Of a DNA stretch of 64,000 bases, positions 1 through 15,753 are shown piece after piece; the first letter of the stretch is position 1; the number at the start of each line of letters is the position of its first letter. Both the position numbers and the translations under genes were made by a program. This DNA comes from Entomortierella parvispora E1425. Its lineage: Eukaryota > Fungi > Mortierellomycota. The DNA lies in NCBI GenBank assembly GCA_020891255.1, contig BQFW01000010.1:1750997-1814996 (forward strand), in the 5' to 3' direction. The notes beneath the pieces are model-generated. The model had not been told where the DNA came from and did no database searches. It saw nothing but the letters and a program-made list of their open reading frames with translations.

Positions 1-1364
1 ACTCAAGGAAGGGTCAAAGAAGAACGGAATGCTGTAACGATCTTGACCCGAGGTGTTGTTCAAAACTCGGTGGACAGTGCCGTGGTAAAGTCCTCCGGTA
101 AGACGCTCGACGGACTGGCCCATGGTCACGATAAAGGTTTCTGGGATGGGCTGTGTCTCCATCCATTGGAGTGAAACTGGATCTTGACCCTGCAATCCAC
201 CCACCATATCTTGGAGAAGGACAGTCAAGAAACCAGTATCCTTGTGGGCTCCACACCCGATCGTGGCCTCTTTCTGGACCGAGGGGTACTTGGCGCACTT
301 GAGTCTGTAGTATGGGTCCTCACCAAACATTTCCTTGAAGTAAGAGCCCTTCAAACCGAGCGATAGAGCCACCGCTTCCATCAGGTGCTGCGATAGGGTC
401 TCGAGCTGATCCATAAAGTCCAAGATGGTGGGCTGGAACGTGGGCAGGAGTTCCAAAGTCGAGGCGGGCCATTGGTTGGGTCCCTTCAGACCGTCATAGT
501 CTGGCGAGTGCGAGGGACGGAAAGATTCGTTTGGAGTTTGCTCTGGACCAAACTGAAGCTGCTCACGATGGTCCACTTGATTATTTGTGAACTCATCGCC
601 TGTGGTTGAAGATGGAGGCAGGATTTCGTTTGTTTGTTAGCAAGTGGATTGTGGAGCTCAATAACAGCGAAATGGTGTCTTTTTTGCATGAAAAGACCGC
701 GCTTTGGTGTGAAGGACATGAATCAAACACGGAGAAAAATAATAAGGAGAAAGGGGAGTGGCCACAAGGAGAATTAATGAAGGTGAAGGAAGGAGAGCAA
801 CGGTTCAGGAACGTGCTGCTCAGTCGTTAATACTTTCTGAGAGAGTGCCGAAGGTGAACAGCAGAGGAGCATCCACACAGAGGCAGGTACAGGATCTCGG
901 CGCCTGAAGGAAGCAGTAAAGGAAGGGCTATAAGCAATGGCTGAGAAGGGTCAGGAACCGCGTCACCTACCAATGAGCTTGTAGCCCCTGAAGTGCCGAC
1001 TGTTGCCGATCATCATTTTCTTTTTTTCTTCAATGGGCAACGAGAAGTAATCCTGGACTGTCTTCATTGCCTGGGCTGTCATCTGGGTTGAGATGCCATG
1101 GTCTTTGATGTAGAATGTACCGAGCTCCATTAAAGATTGGCGCATCGCTTGAAGAAAGGTAGGGCGTGTCTGTGGATTGTGGAAGTCGGCCAATGACAAG
1201 GTCTTGACCTTTATGGAGGAGTGCGCCTTCGATGATTCTTTGAGAGTAGGGGGGGTGGCTGCAGTGGCAGTGGTTGTGCTGAGAAGAGCTTTAGTCAGAG
1301 TTTCGATCGAGTGGTTGCTGAGGATGGTTGGGTTCACCAATGAGGCCTGGGAGAGATGTAGCAT
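1..1364 (-). CDS. 2-oxoglutarate/Fe(II)-dependent dioxygenase (IPNS/DIOX_N + 2OG-FeII_Oxy family), 3' end beyond window
   Basis: Exon 1364-971 (..LSLADF..GTFYIKDHGIS..LPIEEKKKMMIGNSRHFRGYKLI) joins through a GT-AG intron (970-600) to exon 599-1, manually translated as GDEFTNNQVDHREQLQFGPE..GPNQWP..GAHKDTGFLTVLLQD..LYHGTVHRV..RYSIPFFFDPSLS. This carries the HxD..H iron ligands and the RxS 2OG motif. The true start codon is uncertain. Confidence 0.88.
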
Positions 1365-4300
1365 TGCTGAGAAGATTGTTGGTTGACTGTGTAATGGAGT
1401 GTAAAGATGCTAGTGATGAAGCTAGGATGCTGGAACTGATGGGATTGTTGTAAGGTGGGAAGTTGGACGGATGAAAGGACAGACCGGACCTTTTTATAGA
1501 TGCATGCCCCAATAGCCATTTCGTTGGTAGCAACCCCAGATCTGAGATCATGATGGTGAGGTTGCGATGGGTGGTTGTTGTGTACCCGAAGGAGCCATGC
1601 AGTGAGATTCTCGATTGATGCGACAATGCAGGAGACGATACGGGTCGCCAGCTGCTGCATTGAATGGAACCATGCTCAACAATACAATCGACACTTTGCA
1701 AACGATGATCCTGGGCGGGCTATTCTCAAAGAGGGAAACAGACAAAGTTCGTCAGGGGTCAGAGCTGGCTATTGTCTCCCTGTCTTCGGTGAAATGCAGA
1801 AGAGCACACAAAACAACAACAGCAATAACAAAACCGCTAAAAAAAAGGCCTATTCTCCACAGCTAGAACCAACTCGATTTCACGAAGACCGAAGAGGAGA
1901 GCATGCATTTAGCTCCTTTCCTACAGGTCTCCTCTTTCTGCTCCTCTTCCTTTTGTTTTTACCCCTTGAGCTTGACGCCCTGTGGCCCTTCAACGGACAA
2001 GAGGCGATAAATGAAAAAAAAAAAAAAAAACGCGATCGAGAGAGCAAGCGAGCGAGCAGGCCTGAATATAGGTCGCGTTCCTGATTCCAGAGTTCATTTC
2101 ACCATTTCACGCGAGCTCAAGCTCAGTCTGGAGCTAACCGGGAGCACTCTGGTTGTGAGTGAGCAATGGCACCGAGTATTATTCAGTCCATTCCTCTCCA
2201 ATTGACTAGAGAAGGATTGAATTGCGCCCACGTTTAAGTAAAATGGTCAACAAAGCATGGTCCCCTCCGTTCTCGAACACATCCTTCTCTGCTCATGCCT
2301 CACAGGCATCTTGCAGCATCGTTCCATCCCCCTTTGTTTTCGCGTTTATTCCACTGGCATGTCGATAATTGAACGAACCCACAGACTACAAGAATCATTT
2401 GGGTTGTACGCCAGAAAATTAGTCCAAACCTGCACTTGTCGATCAGCGCTTCTCAAGGAGACACAAGACGATGCATGGGGTTGGGGGTAAGAAGAGAAGG
2501 GGAGGAGGGAAAGAGGGGCAAGGGGAGGGGCAGGACTAGCGGGACACAAGTGGGCGAGAAGAAGGAGCCCAGTGTTAGTCTTTGAGAAATTGCCGTATCC
2601 CTATCCTAACAAGCATGCATCGGGAGCTTTGCGTTGATCTCAATTTACTTTCCTCCCGCAAGCAGCACCCACCCTCGTTTTCGTCCTTCCATGCAACTGA
2701 CTATGGGGTGCAGTGCAGCTGTACAGCAATGTCTTATTCTACTGTGATACTGTAACCGATCTGTGTAGGCTCGCTCAAGATGAACATGCTGTAGTTCAGT
2801 GTCAGGAACAAGCACTGTGCTATCGGTTGGCAGCCGAAATCGGAAAGAATGCGCGAGGCAATACCGTGGTGCAGATGTCTATTTCCGTCCAGGACTCGTT
2901 TCCTAGTGAGCGAGGTGTAGTTGATGCGTCGCCAAAGATGAATATGAAAATAAGTGTCATTAGTGACATCAAAAGCAACTCGAGGGGAATGGCTAATTGG
3001 GCCCAAACCAACGTTGACGCCCAATCCTTGTTGAGCACGACAGTAGCACGCCCTTTTGAGCCTCAAAGAATAGGTTTGTGACATCCATCAGTCTCCCGCA
3101 CCCTCCTTTTTTTGAACTATACTATGGCCGCTGCCCTCCGTGTTCCTGGCGCTTTCTTCTGCTGGGCTCCCCCCAGACCGAAACAATTCTCTTTCAACGG
3201 CAAAATAAAGTAGCCGTACCTGTATTTTTCATCCCGTCTTTGTTTGTTGATGTGATGGCGTGAATTTTCGTGATCTCTCTTGGGGCAGCAATTGGGTGCA
3301 GGATCAAGAATCCCTGAGGGCTATAGATCAGACAAAGGTAAGGCAGATGACGGTCCCGTCCCAAAGTCAACAAGCATGCCTCAATCTCTTCAGGCAACGT
3401 AAACATGAAGGTTGCCCTGCTCTTAGCCCGCATCCCCGCCTTCCCATAGTTTCATCATACATATCTATCTAATTTAGTGGTCGGAAGCATAGCACTAAGA
3501 TGGTCAATCGCCTGTGGAGCTGCCGCTGCAGCAGCTCGAATCATCTATCTGCCTTGGTGCCATTGAACTGAAAGTGAGCGCATTCAGAGTATTGTCCTGG
3601 AGGTCTCCTGCTTTTTTTTCTGGTCTCTGGGCGTCCATCGTCCCCTGATAATATTCTACAGTTCCCTCCCTTCCTCGCTCACCTCTCTTTAGATCGATTC
3701 AGTCCCCCACAAGGGCCTAAAGATTCTTAAGAGCAGTAGTGGAGGTTCTCTCCGCGCGATTGAGTCCTTGCATTCAAGTAGGAAGATCAGACCATAAGGG
3801 ACTTAGTTCTGGGACGGTTACCGACTCTCGCCTTGGAACAAATCTTAAGGTTGCACCTCCTGCATCTTACTATCCCGATCTGCTTGAATCTCGGCAGTCG
3901 CGACAAGAGAAAGATCACACAGGACACACAGCAAATCCAGAGACTGGCTTTTTTTTTTTTTTTTTCTTTTTTCAGAAATAACGAGGGGAAGGAGACAGGA
4001 TCAACGATGGTAGCGTATGACGCCGGATCGTCTGAGTAGTGACCATGTTGTTGCATTCTCCCCACGCGTGGGCAGATAGGTGCAGAGATGCACAGGTGGC
4101 AAATGTTGTTTCAAGGCGCCTGCAGTTTCTCCACGCCTCTCGTGGCTTGCGTCTGTGCGTATTCATGCTGCCTGTCTGGCTGAAATGAGGGCGAGGTCAT
4201 GACAGCAAACTCTGTGGACGATAGTGATGGTATCTTCCTTTAGAGTTAATACCAGCTATTGCCCCTGGAAACAAGGAATTGGGGGCAGTACAATCAACCC

Positions 4301-4741
4301 ATTCATGCATTTCCAGGTGAGGCACAAGCCAAATACGAGGGGAGCCATCAGGCTGCAAGGCTGATTATCTCGCAAAGAGACTGTGCACGAAAGTGACCAT
4401 TGCCCGTGTTTGTATTTCCCAAATGGAGCACCAACAATGGCACAGTATCTAAAGCAGGCCTCACCTTGAAACGCGACGCGCCTGACCATGGACATGTTCA
4501 ACAGCGCCAGGGGGTGGGGGGTCGACCTAGGCAACCTCACCGCTAGATTTTTTTTAGAAGAGTCTTCCTGCCTTGCACATCGATACTCTGTTCTCCCAAT
4601 GACGTTTGTAGTACGTTTATTATATAGAATAACTAATATGATACAAGCTGCCTCTATGGAAAGGTGGCAGCAGGGTGCAGGCGAAGCCTGCGTAGGCACT
4701 CTCCGTGCCAAAAAGCCGACCCCATGTCATATATTGGTGGC

Positions 4742-5174
4742 TCAGTCAAGTTCACGGGCTTCGGCAGCCTTGCGATCAGCGTCCGCCTGCATTCTTGTCA
4801 GCTTTTCCTGGCGCTTGGCTGCCAACTCTGCATCCTTCGCGGCCTTCTTCTTTCCTTGACGAGTTTTTGGCACGGGTGGTGGTGGTAGATCAAAAGCCGT
4901 TGGCAAGAAGTAGTTAAAGGCAGTCATGGAAATCTTGTAACCCATGTACATGGCAATTGGGTAGTAGACATAAGCATTGCTGATATCGAACGCCTAGAGT
5001 GGAGTCGATCGATCCGCGATTGGAGTATTAGAGTGCAGTCTTGTGAGGATCCTTTATCTTCTGCTGCAGAAGGACGATGCAGGTTTGGGCAGTGACATCA
5101 CTTACAAAGCAAAAGAGGAGGGCAACGATGAGGATCCCAAATCCTACTGCAGCGAACAAGGGTGTGTTGGACAT
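4742..5174 (-). CDS. Small orphan membrane protein, 106 aa, two exons
   Basis: Exon 1 5174-5106 (MSNTPLFAAVGFGILIVALLFCF), GTAAGT..CTAG phase-0 intron, exon 2 4993-4742 (AFDISNAYVYYPIAMYMGYKISMTAFNYFLPTAFDLPPPPVPKTRQGKKKAAKDAELAAKRQEKLTRMQADADRKAAEARELD). Hydrophobic N-terminal half, charged helical tail. Confidence 0.7.
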
Positions 5175-5568
5175 TAGAGATGACCGACCGGAAGAGAGAG
5201 AAAACGGAGGATGGGGTGATGAAAGGCGGATGAGGAGAGCAACTGAAAGGCAGCGAAGTCGTGGGATACCTGTCCCATGGGCGAATGGGGGCGATTGGGG
5301 CACGAAGGGAGCCAGGGTCTCTTCCCATTGGCTTGTTCGTCGGCATCCAATGAAACACCTTCGCGATTTTCATTACTGTCACGTGAAGGTACGTCGAGAT
5401 GATGCGGATGCTGCAACCGCGAGGGGCAAAAAAAAAAGTGTGACTTTGATCTGTCGATTGATGTGTGTTTTTTTTCTTTTTTTTTTTTGTTTGCCCATTT
5501 CGGTCTTTTTCCTGCTCCTCATCCCCCTCTCACTTCCCTGCCATCCCTCAAGCAAAGGAACTTACAGC

Positions 5569-8183
<2,615 letters not shown>

Positions 8184-8479
8184 GGAGCTTTCCTTATATT
8201 TTTTAGTCTTGTTCATCATTTTGCATTTTTTCATACACCCGCCCAGAACCGAGGCAGCTGGGCCATGGTGCCATCGGGTCACTCACCCAGTCAGTGTCAG
8301 TCTGCCTCTCACACCCTCCACAATAAACAGTCACTTTCACTTATCTTCTTTCCTCCTCCACTCCTGTTCATCACATTCATCGCTCCGTCGCCCATCACCC
8401 AGTCTCTCCACACCTTGAACTTCATTGTCATCCACCACTCTATCCTCCCTTTGTTCCTATACTCTATTATTGCCCCGCC

Positions 8480-11400
8480 ATGTTGGTCGTTGCGATGCGT
8501 GCTGGGAGTGCAACTCAGAGGTCTATAACCCTTGCCGCCTTGCGACGCGCCCACCACCACCGGTCTGCCTTGCTCCTGACCCAGCGAGGACAGCGCTCCC
8601 ACAATAGCCATACTCATGCCACATCCTCCATAGTCCAGCCCAGCCTACCCTCGCGTTTCTTCACCTCCTCCTCTCATACCCGCTACGCGAACCAGCCTCC
8701 CAGAAACTCGACCTCCAACACAGGAGCCCAAGACGGTTCAGAGTCCGCCACCACTCGACTCACCCGGAAACGCCAGTCGAAGCAGGCCACCGCAGTCGAG
8801 TTTGGTCAGGCCGGCAAGGATACCACCTCTTCCACCCCCTCTGCCGCCTCTACTGCTGCTGTGCATTCATCTGATGAAGCCCGGCCTAGGAATCGCTCAC
8901 ATTCATCGAAAGGTATATGCATCAACAATGCCCCCCCCCCCCCGAAGGGGGCTACCTCTGTGCCATAGGTGCGACCATGGGTCTGTGAGTGCGTTCTAAC
9001 ACGGGCGATGTTCTTTTGTTTGCCAACATAGCTGGAGATCCGTCGGCCGGTGATCCTATTCACTCTGCCTCAACCTCATCTACCCTCTTTCCGACACAGC
9101 CGCCCTATGGGCCCAGCTTCCAGGCTCGAGATATTGTTGGGGGAGGAGGGGGTGGAGGCGGGGACTCGAGCACGGGTGCAGCCAAGAGAAACGGAGTTGC
9201 AGGACAGTCAGAGTGGATGGGCAATATCCAGAGCCCTCGAACCGTATGTCAGACTGGCTCTTGTGCTTATTGTCTTGCATGAGGAGACTAGGGTTGGACA
9301 TCCTTTACTGACCTTTACTTTTCCCTCGCTACTGACGTTGCAGATTGTAAAGCATCTGGACGAATATGTCATTGGACAGGAAAAGGCAAAGAAGATACTT
9401 GCCGTGGCAGTCTACAACCACTACTCGCGCGTCAACGAGAATTTGCGGCAACAGCAGATCCAGGAGTCGCTCGCTGCGATCTCAAACTCATCTCACTCAC
9501 CCTCCACGACCAACCCGATTTACTACGGGTCCAGTGTTTTGATGAGCGATGGACCAAGCACACCTGATCCCATTATTGAGCCATACAACACCCCCCCTTC
9601 TTCACTTGCCTCGCCGACATCTTCGTCGACGCCTAGTTCAACCTCGACTCAGCCCGCAACGGACACTGCCAGTGGTGCAAGCAATGACATGCAATATGTC
9701 CCTGGTCGACGTAAGTGGGTGGTGACTCTTTCTCTCTCAATCCAGTCATGTCATGTGAAAACTCTATCGACAGGGGCACATTTGCCCTAAATAACTTTAG
9801 TCTGCGCTTGACCACTGGGGCCTGCGTGGGTGCTACAGGAATCTGCGGTTCTACGAACTGGGCTGGAGAGTGGCGTGCGCAGCTGACACCGGCATTATCT
9901 AACCTTGTCTTTCCACTTGTCCATGTAGAGGCAATCCACTATCCCCATCGGCAGCCCTGGATAAACTCTGCCTCCAGTGGCCACGGACATGGTCTTCCTC
10001 AGAATCCACCCTCAATGTTTTCGCAGCCATACGATACATACCAACGACCTCCGGTGACCCCAACTCAACAGCAACAGCAACAACAGCAACAACAGCAACA
10101 ATACCAACAGCAGCAGCAGAGTGCACTCTCGGATGCTGCATCAAGGCAGCCACCCACCATCTTCGACAAGAGTAACGTGCTGCTTCTCGGACCTACAGGA
10201 TCGGGGAAGACCCTGTTGGCTAGGACTCTAGCAAAGGTGCTCAATGTGCCCTTTTCTATGTCAGATGGTATGTATCTGATAAGCGCCCTCCCCTGTTGAC
10301 GTTTGGCTGGCAAACAGAAATCCAATATACTAATATATGGTTGTGCAATAGCGACCCCATTCACGCAAGCCGGCTATGTAGGCGAGGATGTCGAGATGGT
10401 CATTCATAGACTCCTCCAGGTATGCGGTTTTGATTATTCTTGTCCTTTGGAGTAACAAAGGGGCTCGTCTCTAACCACACTGTACATGTTCAACTAGAAC
10501 TGCGACTACAACATCAAAAAAGCAGAGTGTGGGATAGTCTTTATTGATGAAATTGACAAGATCTCAAAGCGACCTGATACGATGTCTATCTCAAAGGATG
10601 TATCGGGTGAAGGTGTCCAACAAGCGCTTTTGCGAATGCTGGAGGGCACGGTGGTCAACGTTACCGAGAAGAATGGAAACAACTGGAATGGATCGACAGC
10701 AAATGGTGGCAATGGTAGGAAAGGTGGTCTTCCCGGCATCGGGGGACCTGGCGCCAATGGCGGCAGTGGCGGACCTGGTGCTAAGGGCGAAGTTTACTCT
10801 GTGGACACTAGCAACATCCTGTTCATCTTGAGTGGTGCTTTTATTGGACTGGAAAAGATTGTTTTGGACAGAGTCTCCAAGGGTTCGATCGGGTTCGATG
10901 CCATGGTTCGCGCCCCTACCTCTGAACTAGGTTCTGCCAAGGGAGCGTCCTCTCAGGTCAGTCGTTTGTTGGACCAGGTCGATCCAGTAGGCAAGTACAT
11001 TGTCCGAGTCGATTCACCATACGTAACGCTGGTGTTTATATACCAAGCTAACCTTCAATTCACCTCGTTGTCGTAGATCTTATCAAGTTTGGACTAATTC
11101 CAGAATTTATTGGACGCCTGCCAGTTGTGGCTTCTGTAAATCATCTGGACTCTGCAGCGTTAGTGAGGGTTCTGACCGAGCCACGTAACTCTCTCGTCAA
11201 GCAGTATCAGGGTCTCTTTGGGCTCGGTGATATCAAGATCCACTTTTCACAAGAGGCACTTTTTACGATCGCCAACCAAGCCATTGAGAAGCAAACAGGT
11301 GCTCGCGGCTTGAGGCGCATCATGGTACGTCAGTTATTTTTGTGATTGAAACCCAACCCACAGGTTACAGATAGCTCCTTGAATGCTCACATTTGCTATT

Positions 11401-11657
11401 TTTGCTTGCTCTCCACAATCATATAGGAGTCACTGTTGCTGGAGGTCATGTACGAGGCCCCTGGATCATCCATCAAACACATTGTTATTGACAAGGAAGT
11501 AGCGCTTGGAAAGAAGCCCGCGTTGTGCTTCACCAGGGGTGCCGAGTCTAGCGTGACGGCAGCCTTGGATCGGGACGATGTAAATCGAAACAGGAATGCA
11601 GCTGTTAATGGGGTGCAAGAAGATGAGTCGGTGCCCGTAGAAGCAGTTTCTTTGTAA
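8480..11657 (+). CDS. CLPX: Mitochondrial ClpX-type AAA+ ATPase
   Basis: Eight exons (8480-8912, 9032-9243, 9344-9710, 9929-10267, 10352-10419, 10498-10990, 11077-11324, 11427-11657). [23 protein letters not shown], Walker [56 protein letters not shown]. Arg/Ser-rich presequence-like N terminus. Confidence 0.95.
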
Positions 11658-11819
11658 TGCCTCCGAACGCAAATTGACGATCAACCCTTACGACACCCCG
11701 TCGTTCAGTCGACTTTCTCAATGACCGAATTGTAAATAAATTGATACATGAAACTGAGATGGATGAAATGTATATTGATGAATAGTATGGTACATGGGCA
11801 CAAGTTGCTATGGTAATAT

Positions 11820-13590
11820 TTAGTACTTCCAGCTAGAAAACAGAGAAGAGTAGTGTTAGTACAATGGAGACATTGAGGCCATACATTCCAAGGAGAGAAA
11901 AAAAAACTGAAACAAGACAAAGCCGAGAAACATACATCTTCAAAGTCTTGTCCTTGCTTCCACTGGCGGCTTTGTCACCCGATGGACTCCAATCGACTGT
12001 GAAGACCTCGTCCAAATGTCCTGGGAGTTCCATCTTCATCTTCTTTGTCTTGATATCCCACAGCTTGATGGTGCTGTCCTTACTGCAGGAAAGCAACATT
12101 CTGCTATCACTCGACCAAACAACCTGGTACACCTCAGCGACGTGGCCTCTGAGTGAGGCAATGAATTTACCATCGCGACTGTCCCAGATCTTGACTGACT
12201 TGTCAAAACTGGCCGAGGCAATATAGCGACCATCGGGTGAGAAGCTGACGTGGTTGACAGTTTTTTGGTGACCCACCATTCTTTTGGGTGCAGCCTTTTT
12301 GCCCTCGGCGCCTTCTTCCTTCTTGTTGGGCCAGAGATACATTGTGAAATCGTCGGATCCGGAGCAAAGTCTCTCCGGGTTGAGGGCAATTGCCTGTTCA
12401 TAACGCTGAAGCGCCCTCTTCTGAGCTTCAGCCTCATCCTTGTACATCTTTCCAGTGTGATCGTTGGCGCCTGTTCTCAAAACCCCATCCGTGCTCAAGG
12501 CCAAGGTGGTGACCCAATGAGCATGTCCCGAGAGAACCTTCACCAACTTTCCTGGGTGAGGTCCAGTCGAAGCCCAGACCTTGATGGTCTTATCTCTGGA
12601 AGCCGAGTAGATCAATCCATCTCCTGCCCATTTGACACACATGACGGGTGCGGTATGTTGAGCCATAGAAAACTCGAGTTGTTTCTTAACAACATCCCAC
12701 ACGCGAACAGTCCCATCTGAGGAAGACGATGCCAATCTCCTGCAAGCAGAGTTCCTATTTTTTTTTTTTTTTTTTTTTGAAGACGATACATATCTCAAAG
12801 TTAACAAATGACTCTTATAGAAACACAATATGACAGACTCCATGGTCAAACTTACAAGTGCAAAGGCTCCCAGGCAAGGGCGCTCACCCACTTCTGATGT
12901 CCCTTCAATGTCGCATGTTGCTTTCCAGTCTTGGGATCCCAGACAATGACCAATCCATCCATGCCAGCCGAAGCAAGATACTTTCCATTGGGACTCCAGG
13001 AGACGTGCTGGACCCAATGCGTATGGCCCTTCAATTGATGCTGGGGTGTCTCTGTATTCAAATCCCAGATGCGAACGGTGGTGTCGCCTCCTCCAGAAGC
13101 CAACATGGTACCACAAGGCGAGAACTGCACGCAGAGGATAGCGTCCGTATGACCGGTGAGCGAAGACGAGCAGCGAGTCACAGCTCTAACACGGAAGACA
13201 GCCTGGGGTCTGTAAATAATCTTGAATGTTTCTTCAGTTGAGTGCTTCCCGCTCTGAATGATATCCTGATCCAATGTGTTGACAATCTCGGTCTCGGCAA
13301 TCTCAAAAGTATATGGCAAAGGATCCTCTTCCTGTTGGTTGAAAAAAGAAATGGAGAAAGAAAATGTTAGTTTGCTACCAGAAAATGACGAGGGAAGCGC
13401 TCTGTTCAAGCATTTTCAAGCTTGGGAAAATCGTATCATATTTGTCTGATCTTACAGTGCCCAAGAGGCTGTTCAACAACAGGGCAAGGTGCTCTTGATT
13501 CACATCGACGGGCAAGCTCAGGGCGGGACCCGAGGCTACACCCTCCTCATTGTAGAACTGAGCGATAACGTTGGCCTTTTCTTCAGCCAT
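11820..13590 (-). CDS. RSA4: Ribosome assembly WD40 protein Rsa4/Notchless (NLE domain + WD repeats)
   Basis: N-terminal NLE domain (MAEEKANVIAQFYNEEG..ALLLNSLLG..EEDPLPYTF), YRPQAVFRVRAVTRCSSSLTGH, multiple GH..WD repeats, LCSGSDDFTMYLW; final micro-exon gives ..KTLKIWKY* at 11820. Confidence 0.95.
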
Positions 13591-13923
13591 GATATTGTAT
13601 TGCAGAGTAGAGGAGAGATAGGGAGAGTGGGGAGATGGTATAAGAAAGAGGGGATGACAGAGGAGGATGGGATGAGGCACAGACAATCAAATGAACAATG
13701 CTGTAGAAACGACCCATTCGCCACCAACCAATGCCTCAAAAAAAAAAAAAAAGAAAGAAAAAAGGTAAACAAGCCACAAACCAAACAATACATCATGTGA
13801 CCATCGAGTTAGTGGCGAAAAATAATGAGCTTAATTTAATTTTATTATTTTTATTCGAAGTAAAAATGTTGTAGTTTTTGGTATCTTTCGTTTTTTTACT
13901 TTTTTTAGGTGGCAGGCAGGGAA

Positions 13924-15753
13924 TCACGATCTGAGAATCAAACCCGCCCATCCAACAACAAAAACCGAAGGTGGAACAGCCTTACTCTCCTTTACCACCT
14001 GCGCAAGAGTTCCTAAAGTCGCGTCCATAGTCCTCTCGTTCGGACAGTGTGCATTCTCGACAATCACCACAGGCACATCGGAAGGCCAGCCCAGACTTGA
14101 GCTCTGCATCAACTCTGAGATCTCCTGGGCCTTGCCCACACCCATCAAAATCACCACCGTTTTCTTCAGATCGTAGGTGGGAAAGTTGTCTGGTAATACT
14201 CCGCCTTTAGCTTGTGCCGTTGTAATGATAACCTGATCTGCAGATCCCCTGTGCGTCAAAGGCACACCGGCCGCCAAAGGTGCAGAAAGCGCAGATGAGA
14301 TCCCAGGAACAACCTCAGCCTCGAATCCATGATCCCTGAAAAAAAGGACTTCTTCTGCGCCTCGACCAAAGATGAAGGGATCACCTTGCTTCAGTCGTAC
14401 AACCGTCTTGCCCTCACGAAGACCTTCCAGGCACCATTCATTCAGCTGATCTTGAATATAATCGGAGGCCGTTGATGTCGACGAGTTTTGATCGGTCCCT
14501 GACTGGAGTTCGATCTGCAGAGATGCACGTTTCTTTGGTGCAATTCGAACCTCGCCCTTGGCTAGGTCAATGACCTCACTTGGGATAAGTCGATCTGAAA
14601 TGACCAAATCTGCCTCCTCCAGAAGCCGGACCGCCTTGCGTGTAAGGAGCTCTGGATCTCCGGGACCTGCTCCAACGAGAATGAGTCTTGGGCCTGCAGC
14701 AACAGTGCTGTCAGATGAGGGGATGGACAGCAGATTCTTCTCGTCGGTTGGAGCAGCATCCGTGCGCTTGAATTCAATATTCTTGTAGGTCTCGTCCTTG
14801 ATTTTTTTGCGCACCTCCTCCAAAGAGTAGACAATGTTATCCTTGAATCCTTGCAAGACCCACTTTGTAGACTCATCATCAAGCTCCGCGAGTTCCTCCA
14901 TCTTCCACTCCTCACAGACACGACTCATCCACTGCATGCGCTTTGGTCCTACTTCTGGTCCAGGCGCCATTTTTCGAAGTTGAGCCCTCAGCTTCCCAAC
15001 TTTCTCAATTGCTTCACCAACCCGGTTCGGCAGATGATCGGCAATATGACGTCGAATCAGGTTCGCAAGCTTGGGTCCTTTACCCGAGGTCGAGACTGCT
15101 ACTTGCAGGCTTTGATCGCGATGTGTGGAGCAAAAGTAGAAGTCGCATTGAGGTGGGACATCAGCGATATTCACTGGGATTCTCAGTGATTTGCAAAGAT
15201 GATAAATGTGGGTTGAGAGAGGGATGTCGTCAATGGCGGACAGGACCATGTCAACTGGAGGCTCGGCTGATCCTAAACCGCTACTCTCTCCAGTAATCGT
15301 AGGGCATGTTACGATCTGCTCCTTTCGTTCTTGGTTGTATGCAATTGTTGAAGTTGAGAACGAATAGGTGTCTTTGTGCTGCCCAAAGGCCGTGGTAAGA
15401 TCTGAATCTTGGAATGAACGCAGGACTAGTCGAGTAGTGTCAGGGTGATCCTGTAGATGTTGTCGAACAGTTTCTGAGAGTGGGTCCTGTTCAGAATCGG
15501 GACAGATAACGGTGACTTTTGCATCAGCCTCAAGGACATTGACAAGTCCTAAGAAAGTAATCATGGGTGAGATGAAGTTTGATTCCAGCCACAGTTAACC
15601 CTGGGGAAAAATCTAGGAATCAAGAAGTGAATAGTTCTTACTGCCTGCGGCGACAAATCCTCCGCCAATGATGATGGCATGCCTCTGCTTAATCTGCCAA
15701 GCAAGGATGAGTGAGGCTCCAGGACGAATAGGGTCGATTGCTGAACGGACCAT
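13924..15753 (-). CDS. Fused siroheme synthase: Met8-like precorrin-2 dehydrogenase/ferrochelatase + Met1-like uroporphyrinogen-III methyltransferase (CysG architecture)
   Basis: Exon 1 15753-15642 (GASLILAWQIKQRHAIIIGGGFVAAG) spliced to exon 2 15548-13924 (RLVNVLEADAKV..IPVNIADVPPQCDFYF..LQVAVSTSGKGPKLA; then LVGAGPGDPELLT, RLKQGDPFIFGRG, VVPGISSA). Confidence 0.92.

Noticed and set aside
4742-4993. Selenoprotein S-like protein with UGA readthrough
   Set aside because: Similarity is limited to a short KRQE helix; a second TGA follows within five codons and no SECIS was recognised.
5077-5568. N-terminal extension of PRP43 suggested by the 307-aa ORF
   Set aside because: It starts at a non-ATG codon, overlaps the divergent gene and crosses poly(A)/poly(T) promoter tracts; the ATG at 5569 gives a typical Prp43 N terminus.
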